Assembly (NCBI GenBank): GCA_900553925.1
Contig: USFH01000001.1
Span: forward strand, 1 to 44,327
Length of the DNA stretch: 44,327 nucleotides
Source: an uncultured Clostridium sp.
Lineage (GTDB): Bacteria > Bacillota > Clostridia > Lachnospirales > Lachnospiraceae
Reading direction: 5' to 3'
Of the stretch, positions 1-9,852 are shown piece after piece. The notes under the pieces were generated by a model. That model worked only from the letters and a program-made list of their open reading frames with translations, made no database searches and was not told where the DNA came from. Each line of letters opens with the position of its first letter. The stretch's first letter is position 1. The translations under genes were made by a program, and so were the position numbers.

Positions 1-3000
1 ACGAGAAACTTATTCGGGAATTTCTTGTGTCTTATTTTCGTGACCATTTTGGTGTTGCGATTGAAGTAGGGTTCAGCTTTTCTCTGGAGCAGAAGACGAA
101 ACTCAGAGAGGCGGCTGCCCTTCGGCTGCAGCAGGAACTCCGGATCATTGAGGAGAAGAATGAACAGCTGCGCACAGAAAAACCGGCACAGGATGGTTCG
201 GAAAATGTGGAAACAATAGGAACAAAGGAGAATAACAAGCAAACAGGTAAGGAGAACAAGGGGGATAAAGAGATGGAGAAAACAACAGGAACCGCAGCAG
301 GCACACAGGCTGCAAAAAATCAGACAGAGATGACGAAGAAGGCACCGGCAGGCGATGGTGCGAAGGCAGGAAAGTACGGAAAATTCGGCGGAAAAGGCAA
401 TTATGGCAGTAATTACCGGAAGTCTTCCGATCCGGATGTGTTCTATGGAAGAAACTGCGACGCCGAGATCGTGAAGATCGAGACCCTGGAAGAAGGCGGC
501 GGGGAATGCTGTATCCATGGACAGATCATGTCGATCGAGGAAAGAGAACTTAGAAGCGGGAAATTCATTATCACCGGTGCAATCACGGATTTCACGGACT
601 CAATCATGTTCAAGCTTTTTGTATCACCGGAGGACAAGGAACCTCTGCTTGAGGATCTTCAGAAAGGCAAATTCTATATTATAAAGGGTGTACCGATGTA
701 TGACAGTTACAGCCGGGAAGTGACATTTTCTTCGATTGCGGGAATCAAACCGGCAAATGACTTCCGGGAGAAACGCATGGATACATCTTTGGAGAAGCGC
801 GTGGAGCTTCACTTACATACGGTCATGAGCGAGATGGACAGTGTCGTCGGTATCGAGGATGTGATTGCGCGCGCAAAGGCATGGGGCATGAAGGCACTTG
901 CGATTACAGATCATGGTGTAGTCCAGGCGTTCCCAATCGCGAACCACCAGATCAAGAAGGGGGAAGACTTCAAGATCATTTATGGCGTGGAAGGATATTT
1001 CGTCGATGATGTCAAAGGTCTGATTCAGAATGAAAAGGGACAGAATATTGATTCGGAATATGTGGTGTTTGACATAGAGACAACAGGTTTAAGCCCGACA
1101 AATAACCGGATCATCGAGATTGGCGCAGTCCGTATCAAAGATGGAAAGATCCAGGATACATTCTCGGAGTTTATCAATCCGGAAGTTCCGATTCCGTATT
1201 CTATCACGAAGCTTACATCGATCACGGATGCGATGGTGCAGTCTGCACCGACCATTGATGTGATATTACCGAAATTCCTGGAGTATATCGGAGATGCAAG
1301 CGTTGTTGCACATAATGCAGCATTTGATACTGGCTTTATCCGGGAGAACGCGAAGAGACTGGGACTTACCTTTGACAGCACGATTGTGGATACGATGACA
1401 CTTGCGCATATTCTGCTTCCCGAGCTTGGAAAATACACGCTCGACCGTCTGTGCAAGCAGTTCGGTGTCGTGAATGAACATCATCACAGAGCCTGCGACG
1501 ATGCAGCGGCAACAGCAGAAATCTTCGTGAAGATGATCAAGATGATCAAGGAGAAGGGCATCAAGACAATCAGGGAACTGAACGAGGCTGCGGCTGCATC
1601 GCCGGATGCAATCCGTAAGGCGAAGACATACCACGGAATTATTCTCGTGGCAAATGAAGTAGGGCGTGTGAACCTGTACCGGCTGATTTCAGAATCCCAT
1701 CTGACTTATTATAACCGCCGTCCGCGTATGCCGAAGAGTCTCATCAACAAATACCGGGAAGGACTGATCATCGGTTCAGCCTGCGAAGCGGGAGAACTGT
1801 ACCGGGCAGTATTATATGGCGAGGGCGAAGATGAGATTACCAGACTGTGTAATTTCTATGACTATTATGAGATCCAGCCGACCGGTAATAACATGTTTCT
1901 GCTCGATGATGAGAAAGCACCGGTTAAGACAGTGGAAGATCTGCAGGATGTGAACCGTAAGATCTGTGATCTTGGTAAACAGTTTGGCAAGCCGGTTGTT
2001 GCAACCTGTGATGTGCATTTCTTAGATCCGGAGGACGAGATGTACCGCCGGATCATGATGAAGGGCAAAGGATTTGCGGATGCAGACCATCAGCCGCCGC
2101 TTTATTTCAGGACGACAGAGGAGATGCTGGAAGAATTCCAGTATCTGGGCAGTGATCTTGCGAAGGAAGTTGTCATCACGAATACGAACAAGATCAACGA
2201 TATGATCGAGACGATATCACCGGTGCGTCCGGATAAGTGTCCGCCGATTATTGAGAATTCCGATGAGACACTGACAACGATCTGTTATGACAAAGCACAT
2301 GAGATTTATGGGCCGGATCTGCCGGAGATCGTAGATGCAAGACTGAAGCGCGAGCTGCATTCGATCATCTCGAATGGATTTGCGGTTATGTATATTATCG
2401 CCCAGAAGCTTGTGTGGCGGTCAAACGATGATGGATATCTGGTAGGAAGCCGTGGCTCGGTTGGTTCCTCGTTCGTTGCGACGATGGCAGGTATTACCGA
2501 GGTGAATCCACTACCGGCACATTATATCTGTCCGCATTGTTACTTCACGGACTTTGATTCTGATTTTGTCAAGCAGTTTGAAGGACAGTCGGGTTGCGAT
2601 ATGCCAGACCGGAAATGCCCGAAGTGTGGAACGCTCATGAAGAAAGAAGGACACGATATTCCTTTTGAGACATTCCTTGGCTTCTATGGTGATAAAGAGC
2701 CGGATATCGACCTGAACTTCTCCGGAGAGTATCAGCCGAAGGCGCATGCATTCACCGAGGAACTGTTCGGTAAGGGGAAAGCATTCCGTGCAGGTACGAT
2801 CGGTTCCCTGGCGGAGAAGACTGCATTTGGATATGTACTTAAGTATTTTGAAGAGCATGAGCAGGTAAAACGGCACTGCGAGATAGAGCGGATCGCGGTC
2901 GGACTGACGGGCGTAAAACGTACAACCGGACAGCATCCGGGAGGCATGATCGTGCTTCCGAAGCATGAGGAGATCTATTCCTTCACGCCGATCCAGCATC

Positions 3001-4157
3001 CGGCAAACGATATGACAACCGATATTGTAACAACACATTTTGAGTACCACTCGATTGACCATAATCTGCTGAAGCTCGATATTCTGGGACATGATGATCC
3101 GACGATGATCCGTCGTCTGGAGGATCTGACAGGGCTGGATGCGAAGACGATTCCGCTTGATGATAAGGATGTAATGTCACTGTTCCATAATACAGAGGCA
3201 CTCGGCATCAAGCCGGAGGATATCGGCGGCACAAAGCTTGGAACACTGGGAATTCCGGAGTTCGGTACGGATTTTGCGATGCAGATGTTGATCGACGCAG
3301 CGCCGAAGGCATTCTCTGACCTGGTCCGGATCGCAGGACTGTCCCATGGAACGGATGTATGGCTTGGCAATGCACAGACACTGATTGCAAATGGAATCTG
3401 CGAGCTGTCATCTGCCATCTGTACACGAGATGATATCATGACATACCTGATCTATCGTGGGCTGGAACCGGGACTTGCTTTCAATATCATGGAGAAAGTA
3501 AGAAAGGGTGTTGTAGCCAAGGGCAAATGCGATAAATGGGATGAATGGAAGGAAGAGATGCGGAAGCATGACGTACCGGAGTGGTATATGGAATCGTGTG
3601 AGAAGATCAAATACATGTTCCCGAAGGCTCATGCGGTTGCTTACGTTATGATGGGCTGGCGTGTGGCGTATTATAAGATCAATTATCCGCTTGCTTACTA
3701 TACGGCGTTCTTCAGCATCCGCGCATCTGCATTTGATTACCAGCTTATGTGCCTTGGCAAGGAAGCACTCGAGGAGAATCTTGCAGAGCTGCAGAAGAAA
3801 GATAAAAATGCGATGAGTGCCACAGAGAAGGATACGATCCGTGATATGCGTCTGGTACAGGAGATGTACGCACGAGGCATTGAGTTTTTGCCGATTGACC
3901 TCTACAAGGCGAAGGCAGACCGGTTCCAGATCATAGACGGAAAGATCATGCCGAGCTTTGCATCGATTGCAGGCATGGGATTAAAAGCGGCACAACAGCT
4001 TGAAGAGGCTGCAAAGGAAGGACCATTTACTTCCAAAGAAGATATCCGTATACGTGGAAAGGTATCAAAAACGATTCTCGATGTCATGGGCGATCTGGGA
4101 CTTCTGGGGGATCTTCCGGAGACGAATCAGTACGATTTCTTCGGCATGTTAAAATAA
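1..4157 (+). CDS. polC: DNA polymerase III subunit alpha, Gram-positive PolC type (5' end lies upstream of the window)
   Basis: PHP domain (ELHLHT, AITDHG), inserted DEDDh exonuclease (VVFDIETTG, HHRACDDA), GYLVGSRGSVGSS, Zn finger (CPHC...CPKC), catalytic PDIDLNF. The frame is open from position 3, so the GTG at 27 is probably not the true start. Confidence 0.97.
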   Translation, partial: EKLIREFLVSYFRDHFGVAIEVGFSFSLEQKTKLREAAALRLQQELRIIEEKNEQLRTEKPAQDGSENVETIGTKENNKQTGKENKGDKEMEKTTGTAAGTQAAKNQTEMTKKAPAGDGAKAGKYGKFGGKGNYGSNYRKSSDPDVFYGRNCDAEIVKIETLEEGGGECCIHGQIMSIEERELRSGKFIITGAITDFTDSIMFKLFVSPEDKEPLLEDLQKGKFYIIKGVPMYDSYSREVTFSSIAGIKPANDFREKRMDTSLEKRVELHLHTVMSEMDSVVGIEDVIARAKAWGMKALAITDHGVVQAFPIANHQIKKGEDFKIIYGVEGYFVDDVKGLIQNEKGQNIDSEYVVFDIETTGLSPTNNRIIEIGAVRIKDGKIQDTFSEFINPEVPIPYSITKLTSITDAMVQSAPTIDVILPKFLEYIGDASVVAHNAAFDTGFIRENAKRLGLTFDSTIVDTMTLAHILLPELGKYTLDRLCKQFGVVNEHHHRACDDAAATAEIFVKMIKMIKEKGIKTIRELNEAAAASPDAIRKAKTYHGIILVANEVGRVNLYRLISESHLTYYNRRPRMPKSLINKYREGLIIGSACEAGELYRAVLYGEGEDEITRLCNFYDYYEIQPTGNNMFLLDDEKAPVKTVEDLQDVNRKICDLGKQFGKPVVATCDVHFLDPEDEMYRRIMMKGKGFADADHQPPLYFRTTEEMLEEFQYLGSDLAKEVVITNTNKINDMIETISPVRPDKCPPIIENSDETLTTICYDKAHEIYGPDLPEIVDARLKRELHSIISNGFAVMYIIAQKLVWRSNDDGYLVGSRGSVGSSFVATMAGITEVNPLPAHYICPHCYFTDFDSDFVKQFEGQSGCDMPDRKCPKCGTLMKKEGHDIPFETFLGFYGDKEPDIDLNFSGEYQPKAHAFTEELFGKGKAFRAGTIGSLAEKTAFGYVLKYFEEHEQVKRHCEIERIAVGLTGVKRTTGQHPGGMIVLPKHEEIYSFTPIQHPANDMTTDIVTTHFEYHSIDHNLLKLDILGHDDPTMIRRLEDLTGLDAKTIPLDDKDVMSLFHNTEALGIKPEDIGGTKLGTLGIPEFGTDFAMQMLIDAAPKAFSDLVRIAGLSHGTDVWLGNAQTLIANGICELSSAICTRDDIMTYLIYRGLEPGLAFNIMEKVRKGVVAKGKCDKWDEWKEEMRKHDVPEWYMESCEKIKYMFPKAHAVAYVMMGWRVAYYKINYPLAYYTAFFSIRASAFDYQLMCLGKEALEENLAELQKKDKNAMSATEKDTIRDMRLVQEMYARGIEFLPIDLYKAKADRFQIIDGKIMPSFASIAGMGLKAAQQLEEAAKEGPFTSKEDIRIRGKVSKTILDVMGDLGLLGDLPETNQYDFFGMLK

Positions 4158-4162
4158 AAGAG

Positions 4163-4191
4163 TTGCTATTTTTTACAGGATATATTAGAAT
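4163..4191 (+). promoter_or_regulatory. Putative sigma-A promoter for the ireB-ruvX operon
   Basis: TTGCTA (4163-4168), 17-nt spacer, TAGAAT (4186-4191). Confidence 0.6.
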
Positions 4192-4234
4192 AGTGCTATA
4201 TGTTTTGCAATGCAATAAAGAAGGACGTGAGAAA

Positions 4235-4492
4235 GTGAATAATCAAAATACACAGGATATAGGAATTATCCATGAATCGAATATAGAGGTGACAGATATC
4301 TTAGAGCAGGTGTATGAAGCATTGTCTGAGAAGGGATATAATCCGGTCAGTCAGATCGTGGGATATGTTATGAGTGGAGATCCTACATATATCACAAGCT
4401 ACAAGAATGCCAGAAGCCTGATCATGAAGGCAGAACGCGATGAGATTATCGAAGTACTTCTGGAGAACTATATTGAGACACGGCTCAAATAG
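4235..4492 (+). CDS. ireB: IreB/ReoM family regulatory phosphoprotein (UPF0297)
   Basis: Motif VYEALSEKGYNPVSQIVGYVMSGDPTYITSYKNARSLI. Start placed at GTG 4235 after AAGGA; the TTG at 4163 overlaps the promoter. Confidence 0.9.
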   Translation: MNNQNTQDIGIIHESNIEVTDILEQVYEALSEKGYNPVSQIVGYVMSGDPTYITSYKNARSLIMKAERDEIIEVLLENYIETRLK

Positions 4493-4502
4493 GAGATAAA
4501 AC

Positions 4503-4928
4503 ATGAGAATCCTTGGACTGGATTATGGTTCCAAGACGGTTGGGGTTGCGGTATCAGACGCTACATGTCTGATCGCCCAGCCGCTTGAGACGATTGAGAG
4601 AAAACAAGAGAATAAATTGCGACAGACATATGCAAGGATTGAAGCACTCATAGAGGAACATGAGGCTGGGAAGATCGTAGTCGGTCTCCCTAAGATGATG
4701 AACAACACCGAGGGCCCGCGCGTGGAGGCGACAAGGGCGTTTGCTGCGGATCTGGAGCGGAGAACCGGACTCCCGGTTATCTTTGTAGACGAGAGGCTTA
4801 CAACCGTAGAGGCAAATCGTATTCTGGAGGCGACGGGTGTCTGCGTGAGCGGCAGGAAGGAACACATTGATAAGATGGCGGCTGCAATCATATTGCAGAA
4901 CTATCTGGATAGAGAGGCACATAGATAA
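4503..4928 (+). CDS. ruvX: YqgF/RuvX family RNase H-fold nuclease
   Basis: MRILGLDYGSKTVGVAVSD, VVGLP, DERLTT, IDKMAAAIILQ; SD AGGAG. Confidence 0.95.
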   Translation: MRILGLDYGSKTVGVAVSDATCLIAQPLETIERKQENKLRQTYARIEALIEEHEAGKIVVGLPKMMNNTEGPRVEATRAFAADLERRTGLPVIFVDERLTTVEANRILEATGVCVSGRKEHIDKMAAAIILQNYLDREAHR

Positions 4929-4929
4929 C

Positions 4930-5226
4930 ATGGGTGGAAATGAGAACGAAGAGGAATTGAATACAGAGATTCCGAAGATTACATTCGAGACGGAAGACGG
5001 TGACCAGGAGCTGTATGTGCTGGATCAGACAAAACTGTTTGGGAAAAACTATATTCTGCTGACAGACGATGTAGACGATGAGGATGGAAGCTTCTTTGTG
5101 TTGCGTGAAGAACCGGGCGAAGAAGAGGATATGGTAACCTATACAGAGATTGAGGACGAGAACGAATTGAAAGCAGTGATCAAGGTGTTTGATGAGCTGT
5201 TGGAAGACTTTGATTTGGAGGTTTAG
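4930..5226 (+). CDS. DUF1292 family acidic protein
   Basis: Highly acidic 98-aa protein (ITFETEDG...NYILLT...IEDENELKAVIKVF) in the usual position after ruvX; start chosen at ATG 4930. Confidence 0.8.
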   Translation: MGGNENEEELNTEIPKITFETEDGDQELYVLDQTKLFGKNYILLTDDVDDEDGSFFVLREEPGEEEDMVTYTEIEDENELKAVIKVFDELLEDFDLEV

Positions 5227-5232
5227 TTTAGA

Positions 5233-6894
5233 ATGAAACATAAAAATAAGTCGGTGAAGATTATTCCGCTCGGCGGGTTAGAGCAGATCGGAATGAACAT
5301 TACCGCATTTGAGTATGAGGACAGTATTATTGTCGTGGATTGTGGACTCGCATTTCCGGAGGATGAGATGCTCGGAATTGATCTCGTTATCCCGGATGTC
5401 ACATACTTGCAGGAGAACGCAGATAAGGTCAAGGGACTTGTAATTACGCACGGACATGAGGACCATATCGGAGCGATACCATATATTGAGAATCAGGTGA
5501 ATATGCCGATCTATGCAACGAAGCTGACGATGGGACTGATCGAGCATAAGCTTCGAGAACATGGAAATATCAACAATGTACGCAGAAAGATTGTCACACA
5601 CGGACAGATGATCACACTCGGTGCGTTTCGCATTGAGTTCATCCGTACGACACATTCGATTGCCGATGCGGCAGCACTTGCCATCTATACACCGGCAGGA
5701 ATCATCGTGCATACCGGAGATTTTAAGGTTGATTATACACCGGTATTCGGTGAAGCTATTGACCTGCCGCGGTTTGGAGAGCTTGGAAAGAAGGGTGTCC
5801 TCGCGCTTATGGCGGATTCCACGAACGTAGAACGTACCGGATATACTCCGTCGGAGAAGACAATCGGTAAAGTGTTCGACCATCTGTTTGATGATAACAA
5901 GGATCACCGGATCATCATTGCGACATTCGCATCGAATGTTGACCGTGTGCAGCAGATCATCAATTCCGCATATAAGTACGGAAGAAAAGTTGTCGTTGAG
6001 GGACGGAGCATGGTGAACGTCATTCAGACCGCTTCGGAGCTTGGATATATTGATATCCCGGACAATACACTGATTGAGATCGATCAGATCAAGAACTATC
6101 CGGACGAGCAGGTTGTACTGATCACGACCGGAAGCCAGGGAGAGAATATGGCAGCGCTCTCAAGAATTGCTGCGAATATTCATAAGCAGATTACGATCAA
6201 ACCGGGTGATGTGGTTATCTTCTCATCCAGCCCGATTCCGGGAAATGAGAAGGCAATCTTCAAGGTTATCAACGAACTTGAGATGAAGGGGGCGCATGTA
6301 ATCTTCCAGGATACACATGTATCCGGACATGCCTGTCAGGAAGAATTGAAGCTGATGTATGCGCTGACCAAGCCGAAATATGCAATTCCCGTACACGGCG
6401 AGTACCGCCACTTGAAGCGTCATGCGGAGCTTGCGGTAGAGATGGGAATTCCGAAGGAGAATGTCAAGATCCTTTCTGCCGGAGATGTACTTTCTATCGG
6501 GGAAGATACATTTGATGTGACTGGAAAGGTTCAGGCACAGGGCATCCTCGTGGATGGACTGGGCGTCGGAGATGTAGGAAATATTGTGTTGCGTGACCGC
6601 CAGCAGCTTTCGGAGAATGGTCTGTTGATCGTCGTTGTAACACTGGAGTCCGGAAGCAATCAGCAGATTGCGGGACCGGATATTGTATCCCGTGGATTTG
6701 TCTATGTCAGAGAAGCGGAAAATCTGATGGATGAGTGTCGTGAGGTTGTACAGGAGGCGCTGGACAGCTGCCTGGATCGTGGAATCAGCGATTGGGGTAA
6801 GCTTAAGAATACAATCCGCGATGCACTGAGCGACTTCCTGTGGAAGAAGATGAAGCGGAGTCCGATGATCCTCCCGATCATCACAGAGGTATAG
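5233..6894 (+). CDS. rnj: Ribonuclease J
   Basis: IIPLGGLEQIGMN, THGHEDHIG metallo-beta-lactamase motif, HTGDFK, HVSGHA, PVHGEYRH, C-terminal PMILPII. Confidence 0.97.
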   Translation: MKHKNKSVKIIPLGGLEQIGMNITAFEYEDSIIVVDCGLAFPEDEMLGIDLVIPDVTYLQENADKVKGLVITHGHEDHIGAIPYIENQVNMPIYATKLTMGLIEHKLREHGNINNVRRKIVTHGQMITLGAFRIEFIRTTHSIADAAALAIYTPAGIIVHTGDFKVDYTPVFGEAIDLPRFGELGKKGVLALMADSTNVERTGYTPSEKTIGKVFDHLFDDNKDHRIIIATFASNVDRVQQIINSAYKYGRKVVVEGRSMVNVIQTASELGYIDIPDNTLIEIDQIKNYPDEQVVLITTGSQGENMAALSRIAANIHKQITIKPGDVVIFSSSPIPGNEKAIFKVINELEMKGAHVIFQDTHVSGHACQEELKLMYALTKPKYAIPVHGEYRHLKRHAELAVEMGIPKENVKILSAGDVLSIGEDTFDVTGKVQAQGILVDGLGVGDVGNIVLRDRQQLSENGLLIVVVTLESGSNQQIAGPDIVSRGFVYVREAENLMDECREVVQEALDSCLDRGISDWGKLKNTIRDALSDFLWKKMKRSPMILPIITEV

Positions 6895-6938
6895 ATACAA
6901 TTTGAACCTTTCGGTTATTACAGGAGCTTAGACTCGAT

Positions 6939-7274
6939 ATGAAACAGGTTATAAATGAAAGCAGAAAATTGAATGAACATATCCGTGCATCGGAAGAGTA
7001 CCAGATGTATCTGAAGACCAAACATGCACTGCGGGAGAATGAAGAATTGAGCAGAAACCTGCAGGAGTTCCGCGCGAAAAACTATGAGCTTCAGAATCGC
7101 CAGGGCGTGAATCCCTACGATGAGATGATAGAATTGACGAGAGAATACGATGAATTGCTGCATAACTCGATTGTAAGTGATTTCCTGCAGGCAGAACAGC
7201 AGATCTGTAAGCTGTTACAACAGGTGTTCGATTCGATCGCAGAAGGATTGGAGTTTGATTACATCAATGAGTGA
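6939..7274 (+). CDS. YlbF/YmcA (Ric) family helical regulator
   Basis: 111-aa helical protein with IRASEEYQMY and DFLQAEQQICKLLQQV; SD AGGAG. Confidence 0.75.
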   Translation: MKQVINESRKLNEHIRASEEYQMYLKTKHALRENEELSRNLQEFRAKNYELQNRQGVNPYDEMIELTREYDELLHNSIVSDFLQAEQQICKLLQQVFDSIAEGLEFDYINE

Positions 7275-7746
7275 GAATGTGAAGAAAAAGACAACAGGAA
7301 ATACAAAGACTACGAGCAGGAAAGCTGCGATGAAGAAAGCGATGAAGAAGGAAGACAACCTTCGTAAGGGATTGAAACGATCCTCTGGCTTTATGTTTGG
7401 ATTGTTCGTTAATATTCTGATTGTGTTCCTGATCGTGAAGCTTTTTACGTATTCGTTTAACTTTGCGTATGGTGTGTTCGGCAAGGTGGCAAACCATCCG
7501 GGCAGTCAGGAATATATCGTAGTAGATATTCCGGCTGATTCATCCATTATGGAGATCGGACAGGCACTGCAGGATGCGGATATCATCGAAGATAAGTATG
7601 TCTTTTATGCAAAGGTCAAGGTGAAGGGCTACGGAACGAAGATCACAAGTGGCAAGTTCCATCTGTCCGCGAGTATGACCTATGACGAGATTTTGAACAT
7701 CATATGTAATATTCAGGATACCGATGAAGATAAGGACAGCGATTAG
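7267..7746 (+). CDS. Short MltG/YceG-like membrane protein (N-terminal region only)
   Basis: Basic N-terminus, one TM helix, then VDIPADSSIMEIGQALQDADII...GKFHLSASMTYDEILNII, resembling the MltG N-terminal domain; syntenic before the O-methyltransferase. Confidence 0.7.
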   Translation: MSENVKKKTTGNTKTTSRKAAMKKAMKKEDNLRKGLKRSSGFMFGLFVNILIVFLIVKLFTYSFNFAYGVFGKVANHPGSQEYIVVDIPADSSIMEIGQALQDADIIEDKYVFYAKVKVKGYGTKITSGKFHLSASMTYDEILNIICNIQDTDEDKDSD

Positions 7747-7748
7747 AG

Positions 7749-8402
7749 ATGAATGATTATGCAAGAATCACATCTTTCGTCCGTTCTATGGCGAAGGAAG
7801 ATGAAGGAACACTGAAAGAAATATATCTGGATGCGATACGACGCGGCGTTCCGGTGATACGGCCGGAAGCGCGGGAGTTGTTGAAGACACAGTTACTGTT
7901 GAAGAAGCCGAAGCATGTTCTGGAGATTGGAACAGCCGTCGGCTATTCTTCTATCTACATGACAGGATATCTGCCGGAGGATGCAGATGTCACAACACTC
8001 GAACTAAGCGAAGAACGTGTTGCGGAAGCGAGAAGCAATATCGAACGTCTGGGGAGAAGCTCACAGATACAGGTGATCTGCGGCGATGCGGCGCAGACAC
8101 TCAAAGGTCTGCCGGATGATACTTATGATTTTGCGTTTGTTGATGCGGCGAAGGCGCAGTATATCTATTATCTGCCGGATGTCATGCGGGTGCTTGTACC
8201 GGGCGGTGTGATCGTATCCGATAATATCCTGCAGGAAGGGGAAGTGTTAGAGTCGCATTTCCTGGTGGAGAAGCGGAACCGCACGATCCATGACCGCATG
8301 CGGGAATATCTGGATGTGCTGACACACGATGAGCGGCTGGAGACCGCAATCCTGCCGGTGGGCGATGGCATGGCAATCTCAATCCTGCTGAAGAACGCAT
8401 AG
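7749..8402 (+). CDS. SAM-dependent O-methyltransferase, YrrM/TrmR-like (tRNA ho5U methylation)
   Basis: VLEIGTAVGYS, FVDAAKAQY, SDNIL, GDGMAI; adjacent to a U32 gene as in Bacillus yrrMNO. Confidence 0.88.
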   Translation: MNDYARITSFVRSMAKEDEGTLKEIYLDAIRRGVPVIRPEARELLKTQLLLKKPKHVLEIGTAVGYSSIYMTGYLPEDADVTTLELSEERVAEARSNIERLGRSSQIQVICGDAAQTLKGLPDDTYDFAFVDAAKAQYIYYLPDVMRVLVPGGVIVSDNILQEGEVLESHFLVEKRNRTIHDRMREYLDVLTHDERLETAILPVGDGMAISILLKNA

Positions 8403-8592
8403 ATATGACGTGACGTGGCTGGATGGGTGAGCGTGATGACCCGAAACAGTGTGCGTGTGACAGAAGCTGTGCAGTAACGATTGTCAGGTGTGTGGTGCAG
8501 CTGGGCGGAGCCGGAACATGACGAGTGAAAACCGCACAGGTACAGATGGCAGGTAGACACCTGCTTGTAAAAGATGAAAAAGAGGTTGGAAC

Positions 8593-9852
8593 ATGGATAA
8601 ATTAAAGAAACCGGAATTATTGATCCCGGCGGGAAGCCTGGAAGTGCTGAGGGTAGCCGTGGATTACGGTGCAGATGCAGTCTATATCGGCGGCAAGAAT
8701 TATGGACTTCGTGCGAAGGCTGGGAACTTCTCAATCGAAGAGATGCATGAGGCGGCAGACTATGTGCATGCACATGGCGCGAAGTTGTATGTGACAGTCA
8801 ATATATTTGCACACAATGATGATATCGAGGGAATCAAGGCGTATTTCCGCGAGTTGAAAGAAACAGGGTTAGAGGAGAAGATTGATGCATTCATCATCTC
8901 GGATCCGGGCATCTTCACGCTTGCGAAGGAGATTCTGCCGGGAATTGAGATTCATGTCAGTACACAAGCGAACAATACGAATTATCTGATCTATGATTTC
9001 TGGAGAAAGCAGGGGGCTACACGAGTGGTAGCGGCACGCGAGCTGTCTCTGAAAGAGATCAGGACGATACGGGAACATATTCCGGCAGACATGGAGATTG
9101 AGGCTTTCATGCATGGAGCGATGTGTATCTCCTATTCGGGAAGATGTCTGCTTAGCAGCTATTTCACAGGCAGAGATGCAAATCAGGGAGCCTGCACACA
9201 TCCGTGCCGCTGGAAATACGCGGTTGTTGAGGAGAAACGTCCGGGCGAATATCTGCCGGTGGAAGAAGATGACAGAGGAACTTATATCTTCAATTCCAAA
9301 GACCTCTGTATGATCGAACATATTCCGGATATGATTGAAGCGGGAATCAATTCTTTCAAGGTAGAAGGACGCATGAAGACGGCACTTTACGTAGCAGTTG
9401 TGACGCGTACGTACCGGGAAGCGATTGATGATTATTATATCTCACGCGAACTCTATGAAAGCCGGATGGAACATTACAAGGAGGAAATCTCCGCATGTAC
9501 GTTCCGCCAGTTTACGACCGGATTTTATTATGGAAAGCCGAACGAGGAGACACAGATCTACGATTGCAACACATATGTGAAGAACCGCGTCTATCTTGGA
9601 ACCGTTGAGGAAGTGGCAGAGGATGGCAGCTTCATCATTCATCAGAAGAACAAATTCTGCGTGGGAGATGCGATCGAGGTGATGGCATTTGACGGAGAGA
9701 ATATAGACGTGGATGTACTTTCTATCCGGGATGAATACGGCACAGAGATGGAATCTGCACCGCATCCAAAACAAATGCTTCACGTGAAGGTTTCCAAACC
9801 GGAGAAGATACAAAAAGGCATGATTATACGTACAAGGCACTGCGAAGCTTAA
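8593..9852 (+). CDS. Peptidase U32 family protein, TrhP/YrrO-like tRNA hydroxylation protein
   Basis: KPELLIPAGS, GADAVYIGG, HVSTQAN, Fe-S cysteine cluster CISYSGRC...GACTHPCR, FNSKDLC, KVEGRMK. Confidence 0.93.
   Translation: MDKLKKPELLIPAGSLEVLRVAVDYGADAVYIGGKNYGLRAKAGNFSIEEMHEAADYVHAHGAKLYVTVNIFAHNDDIEGIKAYFRELKETGLEEKIDAFIISDPGIFTLAKEILPGIEIHVSTQANNTNYLIYDFWRKQGATRVVAARELSLKEIRTIREHIPADMEIEAFMHGAMCISYSGRCLLSSYFTGRDANQGACTHPCRWKYAVVEEKRPGEYLPVEEDDRGTYIFNSKDLCMIEHIPDMIEAGINSFKVEGRMKTALYVAVVTRTYREAIDDYYISRELYESRMEHYKEEISACTFRQFTTGFYYGKPNEETQIYDCNTYVKNRVYLGTVEEVAEDGSFIIHQKNKFCVGDAIEVMAFDGENIDVDVLSIRDEYGTEMESAPHPKQMLHVKVSKPEKIQKGMIIRTRHCEA

Noticed and set aside
170..430. Low-complexity Lys/Gly/Thr-rich stretch in PolC as a possible intein or insertion
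   Set aside because: No intein terminal motifs; consistent with a variable linker before the OB fold.
8432..8448. GTGATGA-CCC-GAAAC resembling a hammerhead ribozyme core
   Set aside because: The first core base is wrong, there is no room for stem II, and flanking stems are not evident.
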